A DNA stretch of 64,000 nt from Squalus acanthias (GCA_030390025.1 CM059433.1:23252001-23316000); one strand, 5' to 3'; positions 11,680-25,255 are shown, numbered from the stretch's first letter. Notes: generated by a model from the sequence alone, not told the origin. Numbers and translations: made by a program.

Positions 11680-14600
11680 GGGAACAGTAACACAGTGGTT
11701 AAGTTACTGGACTAATGATCTGGAGACGAGAGCTCAAATCCCACCACGGCAGCTGTGGAATTTAAATTCAAATAAATAAATAAAAAGCTAGTATCAGTAA
11801 TGGTGACCATGAAACTATCTGATTGTTGTTAAAAACCTATCTGGTTCACTAATGTCTTTTAGGGAAGGAAATCTGCCATATCTGGTCTGGCCTATAAATG
11901 CGGCTCCAGACCCACAGCAATGTGGTTGACGCTTAACTGCCCTCTGAAATGGCCTAGCAAACCACTCAGTTGTACACAACCGCTACGAAAAACAATACTA
12001 AGAATAAAACCGGACAGACAACCCGGCATTGACCTCAGCACCAGCTTTGGACAAGACAATGGCACACCCAGCCCAGTCGACCCTGCAAAGTCCTCCTCAC
12101 TAACATCTAGGGACTTGTGCCAAAATTAGGAGAGCTGTCCCACAGACTAGTCAAGCAACAGCCTGACCAAGTCATATTCACAGAATCATACCTTTCAGCC
12201 AATTTCCCAGATTCTTCCATCACCATCCCTGGGTATGTCCTGTCCCACTGGCAGGACGGACCCACCAGGGGTGGCGGCACAGTGGTATACAGTCGGGAGG
12301 GAGTGGCCCTGGGAATCCTCAACATTGACTCTGGACCCCATGAAGTCTCATGGCTTCAGATCAAGCATGGGCAAGGAAACCTCCAGCTGATTACTACACA
12401 CAGCCCCCTCTCAGCTGATGAATCAGTACTCCTCCATGTTGAACACCACTTGGAAGAAGCACTGAGGGTAGCAAGGGCGCAGAATGTACTCTGGGTGGGG
12501 GACTTCAATGTCCATCACCAAGAGTGGCTTGGGAGCACCACTACTGGCCGAGTCCTGAAGGACATAGCTGCCAGACTAGGACTGCAGCAGGTGGTGAGAG
12601 AACCAACACGAGGGAAAAGCCTACTTGACCTCGTCCTCACCAATCTACCTGTCGCAGATGCATCTGTCCTTGACAGTATTGGTAGCAGTGACCACCGCAC
12701 AGTCATTGTGGAGACAACATCCTGTCTTCACACTGAGGACACCCTCCATTGTGTTGTGTAGCACTACCACTGTGCTAAATGGGATAGATTCAGAATAGAT
12801 CTAGCAACTCAAAACTGGGCATCCAAGAGAAACTGTGGGCCATCAGCAGCAGCAGAATTGTATACCACCATAATCTGTAACCTCATGGCCTGGTATATCC
12901 CTCACTCTACCTTTACCATCAAGCCAGGGGACCAACCTGGTTCAATGAGGAGTGCAGAAGAGCATGCCAGGAGTAGCACCAGGTGTACTTAAAAATCAGG
13001 TGCCAACCTGGGGAAGCTGCAACACTGGACTACACGCAGGCTAAACAGCGGAAGCAGCATGCTATAGACAGAGATAAGCGATCCCACAATCAACAGATCA
13101 GATCAAAGTTCTGCAGTCCTGCCACATCCTGTCGTGAATGGTGGTGGACAATTAAACAACTAACGGGAGGAGCAGGCTCCATGAATATCCCCATCCTCAA
13201 TGATGGCGGAGCCCAGCACGCGAATACAAAAGACAAGGCTGAAGTGTTTGCAATCATCTTCAGCCAGAAGTGCCGAGTGATGATCCATATTGGCCTCCTC
13301 CTGAGGTCCCCGCCATCACAGAAGTCAGTCTTCAGCCAAATTGATTCACTCCACATGATATCAAGAAATGGCTGAGCGTACTGGATACAGCAAAGGCTAT
13401 GGGCCCCTGACAACATCCTGGCTATCGTGCTGAAGACTTGTGCTCCGGAGCTAGCCACGCCTCTAGCCAAGCTATTCTAGTAGAGCTACAACACTGGCAT
13501 CTATCCGATGATGTGGAAAACTGCCCAGGTATGGCCTGTCCACAAAAAGCAAGACAAATCCAATCCAGGCCAATTACCGCCCCATCAATCTACTCTCAAT
13601 CATCAGCAAAGTGATGGAAGGTGTCGTCGACACTGCTATCAAGCGGCACTTACTCACCAATAACCTGCTCACCGATGCACAGTTTGGGTTCCGCCAGGAC
13701 CACTCGGCTCCAGACCTCATTACAGCCTTCATCCAAACATGGACAAAAGAGCTGAATTCCAGAGGTGAGGTGAGAGTGACTGCCCTAACATCAAGGCAGC
13801 ATTTGACCGAGTGTGGCATCAAGGAGCCCTAGTAAAATTGAAGTCAATGGGAATCAGGGGGAAAAGCTCTCCACTGGCTGGAGTCATACCTAGTACAAAG
13901 GAAGATGGTTGCAGTTGTTGGAGGTCAATCATCTCAGCCCCAGGACATCGCTGCAGGAGTTCCTCAGGACAGTGTCCTAGGCCCAACCATCTTCAGCTGC
14001 TTCATCAATTACCTTCCCTCCATCAGAAGGTCAGAAGTGGGGATGTTCGCTGATGACTGCACAGTATCAGTGCCATTCGCAACTCCTCAGATAATGAAGC
14101 AGTCCATGCCCGAATGCAGCAAGACCTGGATGACATTCAAGCTTGGGCTGATAAGTGGCAAGTAACATTCGTGCCACACAAGTGCCAGGCAATGACTATC
14201 TCCAACCAGTGATAGCCTAACCCACCGCCCCATGACATTCAACGGCATTACCATCGTCGAATCCCCCACCATCAACATCCTGGGGGTCACCATTGACCAG
14301 CAACTTAACTAGACCAGCCACATAAATACTGTGGCTACAAGAGCAGGTCAGAGGCTGGGTATTCTGCGGCGACTGTCTCACTTCCTGACTCCCTAAAGCC
14401 TTTGCACCATCTACAAGGCAGCAGTTAGGAGTGTGATGGAATACTCTCCACTTGCCTGGATGAGTGCAGCTCCAACAAGAAGCTCGACACCATCCAGGAC
14501 AAAGCAGCCCACTTGATTGGCACCCCATCCACCACCTTAAACATTCACTCCCTGCAGCACTTGCGCACCGTGGCTGCAGTGTGTACCATCTACAAGATGC

Positions 14601-14945
14601 ACTGCAGCAACTTGCCAAGGCTTCTTTGGCAGCACCTCCCAAACCCGTGACCTCTTCACCTAGACAGGACAAGGGCAGCAGACGCATGGGAACAGCATCA
14701 CCTGCAAGTTCCCCTCCAAGTCACACACCATCCTGACATGGAATTATATCGGCCGTTCCTTCATCGTTGCTGGGTCAAAACCCTGGAACTCTCTCCCTAA
14801 CAGCACTATGGAAGTACCTTCGCCACACGGACTGTAGCGGTTCAAGAAGGCGGCTCACCACCACCTTCTGAGGGGCAATTAGGGATGGGCAATAAATGCT
14901 GGCCTTGCCAGCGACACCCACATCCCAAGAATGAATAAAAAAAAA
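11680..14945 (+). mobile_element. Apparently full-length single-ORF APE-RT LINE (CR1-group, Zenon-like) with tRNA/SINE-like 5' head; ORF disrupted
   Basis: A-box-like TAACACAGTGG (11688) and B-box-like GCTCAAATCC (11732). APE motifs TESYL, GDFNVHH, LLDLVLTN, SDH; RT motifs QFGFR, VPQDSVLGP, FADD. 3' end GGGCAATAAATGCTGGCC...GAATAAAAAAAAA. Confidence 0.85.
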
Positions 14946-15123
14946 GAAGCAAGATCTAACTAAGGGAATTTACTTTATATTCAGAGCCATTTTCTGAAAG
15001 GCACATGTTGAGTGGATAGAATTGTAGCAATATCTTAATAATAGTCATATGGAAGATTGGTTCCCTATTCTCTCTCCTCTCCTTTCATAGAATAAAAAAG
15101 AAGAGAGATGTTCCTACCGTCTC

Positions 15124-15660
15124 ATAAAATAGAAACATAGAAAAAATAGGAGCAGGAGTAGGCCATTCAGTCCATCGAGCCTGCTCCACCATTCAATATG
15201 ATCATGGCTGATCCTTTATATCAATACCATATTCCCGCTCTCTCCCCATACCCCTTGATGCCTTTTGTGTCTAGAAATCTATCAATCTCCTTCTTAAATA
15301 TATTCAGTGACTTGGCCTCCACAGCCTTCTGTGGTAGAGAATTCCACAGGTTCACCACCCTCTGAGTGAAGACATTTCTCTCATCTCAGTCCTAAATGTC
15401 CTATCCCGTATCCTGAGACTGTGACCCCTCGTTCTAGACCCCCCAGCCAGGGGAAACACCCTCCCTGCCTCCAGTCTGTCTAGCCCTGTCAGAATTTTAT
15501 ACGTTTCAATGAGATCCCCTCTCATTCTTCTAAACTCTAGTGAATACAGGCCTAGTCGACCCAATCTCTCCTCATATGACAGTCCTGCCATCCCAGGAAT
15601 CAGTCTGGTGAACCTTCGCTGCACTCCCTCTATGGCAAGTGCACTCCCTCTATGGCAAGT
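15124..15660 (-). mobile_element. CR1 LINE 3' fragment
   Basis: LAIEGVQRRFTRLIPGM...LEFRRMRGDLIETYK; TTTCTATG tail. Confidence 0.92.
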
Positions 15661-17334
15661 TATAATTGGGATACGGCCTTGCATTAACACAAAATCCGCA
15701 AGTCTGGACTAAATTTGCATTGGCTGGAAAGAGATGAATAATCACTGGATAACCTATAGCTTTACAGATGGCTTATGAAGCTGAAATGGCCAAGGTGTCT
15801 GCAAAGAGGTATTGAAACCAGTCTTTCATTAATGATTAAGCATTACAGCATTTTATTTTCCTCTCAGTACAACTGAAGAAAAAATAATTTGTGGCAGCAA
15901 GCCTTATGCACAAATGAACAGCTTTAGTCCATCATCAAACAGATGGAGATTTGGGGGAGAGTGCCACTCAGTCCCTCAAGCAGCTGCAAAGCACTCTCTT
16001 GTGAAGCTTTGGGCAACATCGAGAGTCTTTGGCCAACCCTGCAATATGCTGATTTCATTTAGAGATGAACAGGAAGGTGGCATTAGAAATTAGTTATCGG
16101 AATTAATTGATTCTTTTAACCATGAATGAATGCAAGCAGTCTTTACATAGAATATACAGCACAGAAACAGGCCATTCGGCCCAACTAGTTTGTGCGGGCG
16201 TTTACACTCCACACGAGTCTTGTAGTTTTAGTGGTAACAAGTCAGCCTCTTCGCCAGAAGGTCACAAGTTTCAATTCCAGCCTTCGTGATATCAAGTTTA
16301 CACTATCATATTGGGCAAATGCTGCCAATTCTTAGCTGCATCATTCGACACACTCAACATTACTTTGCGAGTAGCAATAGACAGCAGCGAAGCTCTCCCA
16401 ACAAATAGAATACTTGGCCTGTGTCTCATGGGCCTAGGCTCTAAATGACACTGAAACGTACAAATTTTAAGTCTTAAAAAATTCGTCTAAAAATGGAAAA
16501 CAGAAGCACGCAGAACCAGTCTCTGGCAACAGAAGTTGACCTCATATTAGCCTGTAACACACAGCAGAACTGTGCGTGTCTGTGGGGATCTCCAAGACAT
16601 CTAGTGTCCCATCATCCTAAATAGGAAGTATAATGATAGCAGATAGCAAGAGAATCTAGATAGGATTTATGGTGGTGAGTCATGGATGTACTCAAAGATT
16701 ACTATTGTAGTTGTATAATAGAAAAAAATATTGATTTTAAATGACAACATTAAATTAAAAGACAAAAATTCGAACAAAATATATTCCGTTCCACTGAAAA
16801 GGTTTGAAGTCCTTTTCAAGCATTAAGCCCACTCAGTGTTTTATAAAGACATCTTTGCCGATTAAGGGAATGTTTGTTGCTCGTAGTACATTACTAAACC
16901 AAACATAGCACAAGGGAAAATGCCCTGATCCAGGTGTAAAATTATGCCCAGTTATCACAATTTTCAGAACATTTTGGTGAACGTTTGCGTTTTTTAAGGT
17001 GAGGGGTGTTAGCACTGGGTAACAGTACATTTATCCACTTCAGACATCCAATGGCAGTAATCGAGCACTTCCAGGTCACGTATAGTGCTGCACAGTCTAA
17101 CGCTCGCTCAGCTTTGCCCTGAAAATGGGAGATGATGTCTTCTGTGCATGACAAAACCAGAACCCTGCTTAGAAAGTATGGGTTTATAATGTTGTTGCAT
17201 GTAGCAGAAAGATGAAATCTCTCCCTTCTGTACCTTAGCTCACACTTCAGAAATTTTACTCTACCAGTTTTACATTTACATTTCCCATCGCAGCCTTCAC
17301 TGTGCATTCTGAATGCAATTACCCCAATCAATAC

Positions 17335-17495
17335 GAGAGCAAAGATGATTTTGTCCTGTGGGCCTGTGGATGGAATTATCCACCTTCATTTCACAGTCAG
17401 CAATAGGAGTCTCCGTTCCATATGTCTGCGCTGGATTTGAACTCAGAACCCAGAGGTGAAAGGAGAGTTGCTGATTCATTGCAGCACCTGGTCCT
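17335..17495 (-). mobile_element. Degenerate tRNA-headed SINE, LF-SINE-like head
   Basis: Minus strand CCTTTCACCTCTGGGTTCTGAGTTCAAATCCAGC contains a B-box. Resemblance to LF-SINE is from memory of the consensus only. Confidence 0.45.
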
Positions 17496-17592
17496 TCAAT
17501 TATCTAGCTTTTTTTTTATTTATTCAGTACATGAAATGTAAGTAATCCACTGCCAGGTTTAACCAGACCCATTAACATATTTTAGATATACA

Positions 17593-19553
17593 GGGCGGGA
17601 ACTTGGATAAGACCTGAAAACGGGCGCAGGGATCGTGGTGCGCGATTAATCCGCGTCCGTTCACTGCGTTGATTTCTACGTGTAGCCGGTGCTCCCTGTG
17701 CTTTTTATTGGCTTCACGCACCAGCAGAGGGCATGATATCGTGAGTGTCGCGCTCTACTTGAAGGCAGCCTGCACCTCCGAAAGGGGAGCTGCATTGTGG
17801 CTGCAACAAGTGGTGGGAGTTTTTTTCAAAACTGAATCAATGTTGTGATACTTTGAGCAATGGCTGAACATGCGAGAGAACGTGCAGAAAGGCTTTCATA
17901 CAAGGCACTGGATCCGCAGGTGGGCAGGAGGCCCCCCAGACACCAGCACAGGAAGCAGTGGGAAGAAACAGCGGCGGCGGTCAATGCCAGGTGTGTTGCT
18001 TGTCAAAAATGGATGCAGTACAGGAAGAAGTTTAATGAACTCACACGAGTTGTCAAGGTGAGTAGCTTCTTACTCACATGTCAATCCTACAATTGCACCA
18101 ATAGCCTTATCCACAGCTGAATTCACTACAGCCCCAGCACTCGCCTACCAACAATCTCTACCAATCAGGATTCAACCCGAACATTCATATGCTTTACCTC
18201 ACCGTCACACACTTAGGACTGTTGCAAAACTCGCACCTACAACTCACAGCACGCACGCACTGGCAGCTATTCAACCACATCACCCAAACATATTGCATGA
18301 CATTCATTGGCACACTTCCCTCTTTCTTGCTGGAGAAGGTGGTGCATAACAGCAGGCAGCAGCAACTAACGGAGGGGGAGAGGCGCGCCTGCATGTTAGC
18401 CCCCATAGAGGAGACAGTGCTGGCCATCATGGGAAGGGGTATCATTGAGGCCCTGGCCAGCGACGGGGCTGAAGCGATTGATGATGAGAGTATCCACATA
18501 CCTAATCCTCCTTCTCTCATCCCACTCCTCCCTCATCCCTCGGTCTCTTCTGAATGAGAGGCTGCAGAAGGTGTAAGCGTGCACTTCGTACATTCTCCTC
18601 TCCCCTCACCACAACCCAAGCCTTGTCCCTTCATTTCCGATACCCAAGAACTGGAACCTGCCCAGGCAGTGGAGGAAGAGGAAAAAGACAGTGAAGATGA
18701 AGAGACAACATCACTCCATCTTATACTTGCAGCCACCAGCTCAGATATTAACACTGCGCATACTTTAGAAGCTAGGATAGAGGAGGGATCTGCACGTGGT
18801 GAGACACCGGGCACAAAAGCGCAGGAGCCAGTGCGGGGGGAAAGGATAGCACAGGTGCCAGCTCGCTGGAGGGCGAGGTTGCACACTAGTTCTGCTGCAG
18901 AGGGCTCAGATGAGGACTTCGATGGGCCAGGCTACAGAAGAAGGCTGATGGGTGTACACACAGATATGCTTGGTGCACTGGAAAGCCTGCCAGAAAGCCT
19001 GCGCTCAATGTCAAGGAGCATGGAGGAGTCCAGCACCAACATGGCACAAGGCTTTTCACAGAGCTTGGAGCTCATCCTTTCCAACATGGAAGTGATGGCC
19101 AACTCCATCGACACACCGGTGGAACCCAGCATGATTCAGCATCTGATGACTGATGTCTCAGCTTCCATTGCAGCACAAACAGCTTCCAGCAAACATCTGA
19201 GTTCTGCAGTGGAAGCTCAGACTGCTGCCATCATGGCTCTGGATACCAGTGTTCAAAGGGGCTTCCAGGGTGTCACAGCAGTCCATCGATCTGTTCTCCA
19301 GCAGGTTACTAGGATTGCTGAGGCACCACACCCCAGGAGAGTGGCAATGGCTCCATGGAGTGCGAACCTGCTGTCCTCTCTCAGGATGACAGCATTCGTG
19401 CTCCCACCCCAGCCACTCCACCAGTGGCCTTGCAGCCAGCCAGCCCAGACTGCTGCAGCCCAGGTCAAGATGGTGCAGTCCGCAGCCAGGCCGTCTAGGT
19501 TCAGAGCTGCTAACGGTTGCTCTCCAAGGCCATCTGCAGTCTCCTCAAATGAA
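17593..19553 (+). mobile_element. Harbinger element arm with three-exon Myb/SANT-like gene (pseudogene)
   Basis: Exon 1 17860-18057 MAEHARERA...QWEETAAAVNA...WMQYRKKFNELTRVVK|GTGAGT; exon 2 about 18333-18487; exon 3 from about 18640. Later splice sites appear mutated. Confidence 0.8.
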
Positions 19554-19555
19554 TG

Positions 19556-19643
19556 TGAGAAGTCGCACAACCCCAGGTTATAGTCCAACAGTTTTATTTG
19601 AAATCACAAGCTTTCGGAGCGCTGCTCCTTCGTCGGGTGAAGT
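19556..19643 (-). mobile_element. Penelope-like pseudo-LTR fragment with hammerhead-like motif (19604-19640)
   Basis: Reverse complement TCAC-CCGACGA-A-GGAGC-agc-GCTCC-GAAA-GCT-T-GTGA, followed by sequence matching 8090-8135. Confidence 0.85.
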
Positions 19644-19645
19644 GC

Positions 19646-22600
19646 CATCTGACACAGAACTGTCAAAAATATGAATGTGGATCACATTTAAAAACACACT
19701 AAAACATTAAATAAATTTTTTTAAAAACATTACATATTTAAAATTAATTAAAATGACATTTAATTAAATATTTTAAACAAAAATTTAATTTTTTGAAAAT
19801 AATAATGAAATGTTTTTCCAGAGCTAAAAATAAATGTACCTTTTTTAAGAGTATTTTTAATTTTTAAATTAGTGATCAAATTTTATTTTTCTATTTTTTA
19901 AAACTCTTATGCTGGTAAAAGCAGGCCTCATTCTTCTAAACTTCAAAGTGGCTAGAGGAATGGTGCAAGGGGGAGGGATTCAAATTCCTGGGACATTGGA
20001 ACCAGTTCTGGGGGAGGTGGGACCAGTACAAACCGGACGGTCTGCACCTGGGCAGGGCCGGGACCGCTGTCCTAGGGGGAGTGTTTGCTAGTGCTGTTGG
20101 GGAGGGTTTAAACTAAAGTGGCAGGGGGTTGGGCACCTGAGCAGGGAGACAGAGGAAAGCATGTCAGGAAGGGACAGAAGGTATGGAGTAAAAGGTAAAG
20201 TGTTAAAAAAGGAAAAAGCAGGAACTAAGTGTCACAAAACATATTTGAAAGTTCTTTATCTGAATGCACGTAGCATTCGTAACAAAATGGACGAGTTAAC
20301 GGCACAAATAACTACGTATAGGGATGATCTTGTGGCTATTACAGAAATATGGCTGCAGGGTGACAACGACTGGGAATTAAATATGCCAGGGTATTTAACA
20401 ATCAGGAAGGACAGGCAGGAAGGAAGGGGAGGTGGGGTGGCTATGTTAATAAAGGAAGGAATCACGGTAATACAGAGAAATGATATTGGGTCAAAGGATC
20501 AGGATAATGAAACAGTTTGGGTGGAGATAAGGAATAATAAGGGGAAAAAAACACTAGTGGGAGTAGTATATAGGCCTCCTAATAGTTGCAACTCTGCTGG
20601 AAGAAGTATTAATCAGGAAATAGTTGGGGCATGTAATAAGGGAACAGCTATAATTATGGGGGATTTTAACTATCCTATTAACTGGACAAATCAAATTGGG
20701 CAGGGCAGCCTTGAGGAAGAGTTTATTGAGTGTATTAGGGATGGATTTCTTGAGCAGCATGTAACTGATCCTACAAGGGGGCAAGCAACCTTGGACCTGG
20801 TCCTGTGTAATGAGTCAGGATTAATTAATAATGTCCTAGTTAAGGATCCCCTTGGAATGAGTGACCATAACATGGTTGAATTCCATATCCAATTAGAGGG
20901 TGAAAAGGTTGGTTCTCAAACAAGCGTACTGAGCTTGAATAAAGGAGACTATGATGGTATGAGAGTGGAATTGATTAAAGTGGACTGGGAAAATAGATTA
21001 AAGTGTAAGACGGTACATGAGCAGTGGTGTTCATTTAAGGAGTTATTTTACAACTTTCAAAAAATATATATTCCACTGAGGAAAAATGGGTGTAAAAGAA
21101 ATGACAGCCATCCGTGGCTAAGTAAAGAAATTAAGGATAGTATCTGACTAAAAACAAGAACATATAAGGTAGCCAAACTTAGTGGGAGGATAGAAGATTG
21201 GGAAGTCTTCAAAAGACAGCAAAAAGTAACTAAAGGATTGATTAAGAAAGGGAAGATAGATTATGAAAATAAATTAGCAAAAAATATAAAAACAGATAGC
21301 AAGAGTTTCTATAGTTCTATAAAAAGAAAAAGGGTGGCTAAGGCAAACGTAGGTCCCTTAGAGGATGAGACCAGGAAATTAATGGTGGGAAACATGGAGA
21401 TGGCAAAAATGCTGAACAAATATTTTGTTTCAGTCTTTACGGTAGAGGACACTAAGAATATCCCAACACTGGACAAACAGGGGGCTCTAGGGGGGAGGAG
21501 CTAAATATGATTAAAATCACTAAGGAATTGGTACTCAGTAAAATAATGGGACTCAAGGCGGATAAATCCCCTGGACCTGATGGCTTACATCCTAGGGTCT
21601 TCAGGGAAGTGGCAGTAGGGATTGTGGATGCTTTGGTAATAATTTTCCAAAGTTCCCTGGACTCAGCAAAGGTCCCGGCAGATTGGAAAACTGCTAATGT
21701 AACACCCTTATTTAAAAAGGGTAGTAGGTAGAAGGCTGGAAATTATAGACCAGTTAGCCTAACATCTGTGGTGGGTAAAATTTTGGAGTCTATTATTAAG
21801 GAGACAGTAACGGAACATTTAGATAAACATAATTTAATAGGACAAAGTCAGCATGGCTTTATGAAGGGGAAGTCATGTCTGACAAATTTGCTTGAGTTCT
21901 TTGAGGACATAACGTACAGGGTGGATAAAGGGGAACCAGTGGACGTAGTGTATTTAGACTTCCAGAAGGCATTCGACAAGGTGCCACATAAAAGATTATT
22001 GCTCAAGATAAAAAATCACTGGATTGGGGGTAATATTCTGGCATGGGTGGAGGATTGGTTATCTAACAGGAAGCAGAGAGTTGGGATAAATGGTTCATTC
22101 TCGGACTGGCAACCAGTAGCCAGTGGTGTTCCGCAGGGGTCGGTGCTGGGTCCCCAACTTTTTACAATCTATATTAACGATTTGGAGGAGGCCACCGAGT
22201 GTAACATATCAAAGTTTGCAGATGATACAAAGATGGGAGGGAAAGTAGAAAGTGAGGAGGACATAAAAAACCTACAAGGGGATATAGACAGGCTGGGTGA
22301 GTGGGCGGAGATTTGGCAGATGCAATACAATATTGGAAAATGTGAGGTTATGCACTTTGGCAGGAAAAATCAGAGAGCAAGTTATTATCTTAATGGCGAG
22401 AAACTGGAAAGTACTGCAGTACAAAGGGATCTGGGGGTCCTAGTGCAAGAAAATCAAAAAGTTAGTATGCAGGTGCAGCAGGTGATCAAGAAGGCCAACG
22501 GAATGTTGGCTTTTATTGCTAGGGGGATAGATTATAAAAACAGGGAGGTATTGCTGCAGTTATATAAGGTATTGGTGAGACCGCACCTGCGTACAGTTTT

Positions 22601-23476
22601 GGTGTCCATACTTAAGAAAAGACATACTTGCTCTCGAGGCAGTACAAAGAAGGTTCACTCGGTTAATCCATTGGGATGAGGGGGTGGACATATGAGGAGA
22701 GGTTGAGTAGATTGGGACTCTACTCATTGGAGTTCAGAAGAATGAGAGGCAATCTTATTGAAACATATAAGATTGTGAAGGGGCTTGATCGGGTGGATGC
22801 GGTAAGGATGTTCCCAAGGATGGGTGAAACTAGAACTAGGGGGCATAATCTTAGAATAAGGGGCTGCTCTTTCAAAACTGAGATGAGGAGAAATTTCTTC
22901 ACTCAGAAGGTAGTAGGTCTGTGGAATTTGCTGCCCCAGGAAGCTGTGGAAGCTACATCATTAAATAAATTTAAAACAGAAATAGACAGTTTCCTAGAAG
23001 TAAAGGGAATTAGGGGTTACGGGGAGCGGGCAGGAAATGGGACATGAGGCTGAGTTCGGATCGGTCAAGGCCCTGTGGGTGGCAGAGCGGGCCCAGGGGC
23101 TGAGTGGCCGGGTCCTGCTCCTACTTCTTGTGTTCTTTAGATTTGAGGTGAGGATCAGATCAGCCATGATCTTATTGAATGGCGGAGCAGGCTCGAGGGG
23201 CCGATTGGCCTACTCCTGCTCCTATTTCTTATGTTCTTATGTTCTTACACATGCTTTTACCAGGTGTAAGAATTTGACAGGCTTTCAGTGGGCAGGAGTT
23301 GTGCAAAAAGCTCCACCCGCAGAGGCACATCTCCCGGGGATGTGTGCGATCTGTCAGGATCGCAAGTGCCGGGTTTTAGCGCATGCACTTCGTATGCTTA
23401 AACCCGGCACTTGCGTGGCCCTTATGGGTGCGTACACACCTCGTACACACCCATATGGGTCGCAAAATTCGGCCCA
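19646..23476. mobile_element. AT-rich-core Harbinger-type element end, split by a CR1
   Basis: AT-rich core 19690-19900, hairpin arms 19901-19923 and 23252-23275 flanking the CR1, terminus AAAATTCGGCCC at 23465-23476. Confidence 0.65.
19929..23246 (+). mobile_element. Long CR1 LINE: ORF1 esterase C-terminus plus complete but disrupted ORF2 (APE and RT)
   Basis: ORF1 end FKFLGHWNQFWGRWDQYKPDGLHL...GLN* (stop 20116). ORF2 motifs YLNARS, GDFN, SDH, PQGSVLGP, FADD, with stops and frameshifts. (TTCTTATG)n tail. Confidence 0.96.
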
Positions 23477-25024
23477 TTATTTTGTAACATATCCTCATCT
23501 TGTTGCTCAAATTAAATCATTGCATGAATGGACAAAGATCTGCATTTTACTTCTTTTTTTCACAATTTTCAATAATCTTGATCCAATTTCTAGAGCCTAT
23601 GATAACATATTGAGCTTAGAAATTGGTTGATGTCGCACCCATTTTATAAACTGATACCAATTCGCCAGCTAGCTGCCTGGGGACACCTAGCATGCGCCCG
23701 CAGCTTGCCGGTCTAATTTAAATGTGGCCAAGGTCCAATATTGGGTGTGTCTCGGGCCTACCTGTTCCAGCGCAGGAATCGTTCCCTGCTCCCAGTTCAC
23801 CCGTGGTCTCTTTAGCTCGTTGAGAAATTGGTCGATGTGGCATTACTATGAGCTATTGAAAAGACATACCTGGCCATGGTAAATAGATGTTCACCATCTG
23901 ACAACAGCTATGCTTGGCCACACTCTGGGGGTGATTTTCATCAAGGAACTGATGCTGTCCTCAACAACTAAATGATGACACCAGGACCTCCACAGCTGTA
24001 ACTCATCATTTGAATGATAAACTGTGAACAAATCACTGCAGAAAGATAGAGGCAGAACTGGATAGTGAGTTCACAAATTGAGTATTATACTCAGCAATGA
24101 AAAGACCAAAATTTCCTTCGAGGTGCTTGCACTTCACCGCTGTAATTTCACTGGAAGGGCCTCCAAGGGGAAGGGTGGAAACATTGGGAGTCACCAGTTT
24201 TGTAGCTCCTACAGCAGCAAGGACATTACTTATGGAAGGCTTAAGCCTCAAAGCCCACAAGTGGCTGACTTAACAAAGTGTGTCATACCGGCATCCAGCT
24301 TTCCCTGACTGCAGCTGAGAATTCCTTTAATGGGCACTCAAAATAGCTGCCTTCTGGTTTCTACTGCCCATGTTTGTTGGGCGGGAGCAGGTACTGGTGG
24401 GCAGAGGTGAAAATGGTGGTGGGGGGTCCTAACTATGTCATCTGATGCTGATTAGCATTTATTGACGAGGCTTCCATCCGTTTACGGTGGTCAATCTGAA
24501 AATCGGATCGGGTGGGGACCAAGCGGTAAGTCAGTGCTTCCACCACTGCCTTATTTTGGTACTGCTACCTGCCCATTTTTAGCAGCAAATGGGGTGGTAA
24601 GAACATGGAAAAATCACCCTCATAGTTCCTTTACTTCTGATGGGACTGTATACAACCATGGCATTATTGGCCTACTCCTTTTCTTTGCTGGCTTCAGACT
24701 GACTGCTGTCTAGTTGCAATATAGATGAGATATAATTCTAAAATTCCTTCAAGATATGCCGAAGGAAAGGTATTAAAACTGTATAACTAGATGGTCAGTG
24801 ATTCATAGGATGTTTGCTTTTGAATGCATGTCTTGGTCCTTTCCTGAGAAATCCATCAGTCTGTTCTAATCTGTGATTGCAAGAACTTTACACTCAGACA
24901 GACAGTTATCACAGACACTGCTAGACAGAATAATGCTAAGGCCTAGCATTTGACAGATATTCGCATATTAAGCCACCCTTTGCTTCACAACAGCAACCAA
25001 TTGATGCAGTTTATTTTTACATGT

Positions 25025-25255
25025 GCGTGGGTCATCAGCAACACCACCAAGGCTGCATTTATTGCCCATCACTAGGTGCCTTGAGAGGTTGGTGGTTGGC
25101 CTTGTCCTTGAACTACTGCAGTATTTGTGCTGATGGTGCAGCCACATTGACGTTAGGTAGGGGATTCCAGGATTTTGAAATAGCAAAGATGAAGGAGGAA
25201 TGAAATATATGTCTAAATCAGGACAGTGTGTGACTTGGAGAGGAACTTATTGGTG
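25025..25255 (-). mobile_element. Degenerate 3' end of the Zenon-like LINE
   Basis: GCATTTATTGCCCATC is the reverse complement of the 14884-14899 terminus motif. Confidence 0.55.

Noticed and set aside
18579..19583. 334-aa ORF as a domesticated host gene
   Set aside because: It is the last exon of a Harbinger Myb gene with mutated splice sites, and its end is supplied by a Penelope insertion.
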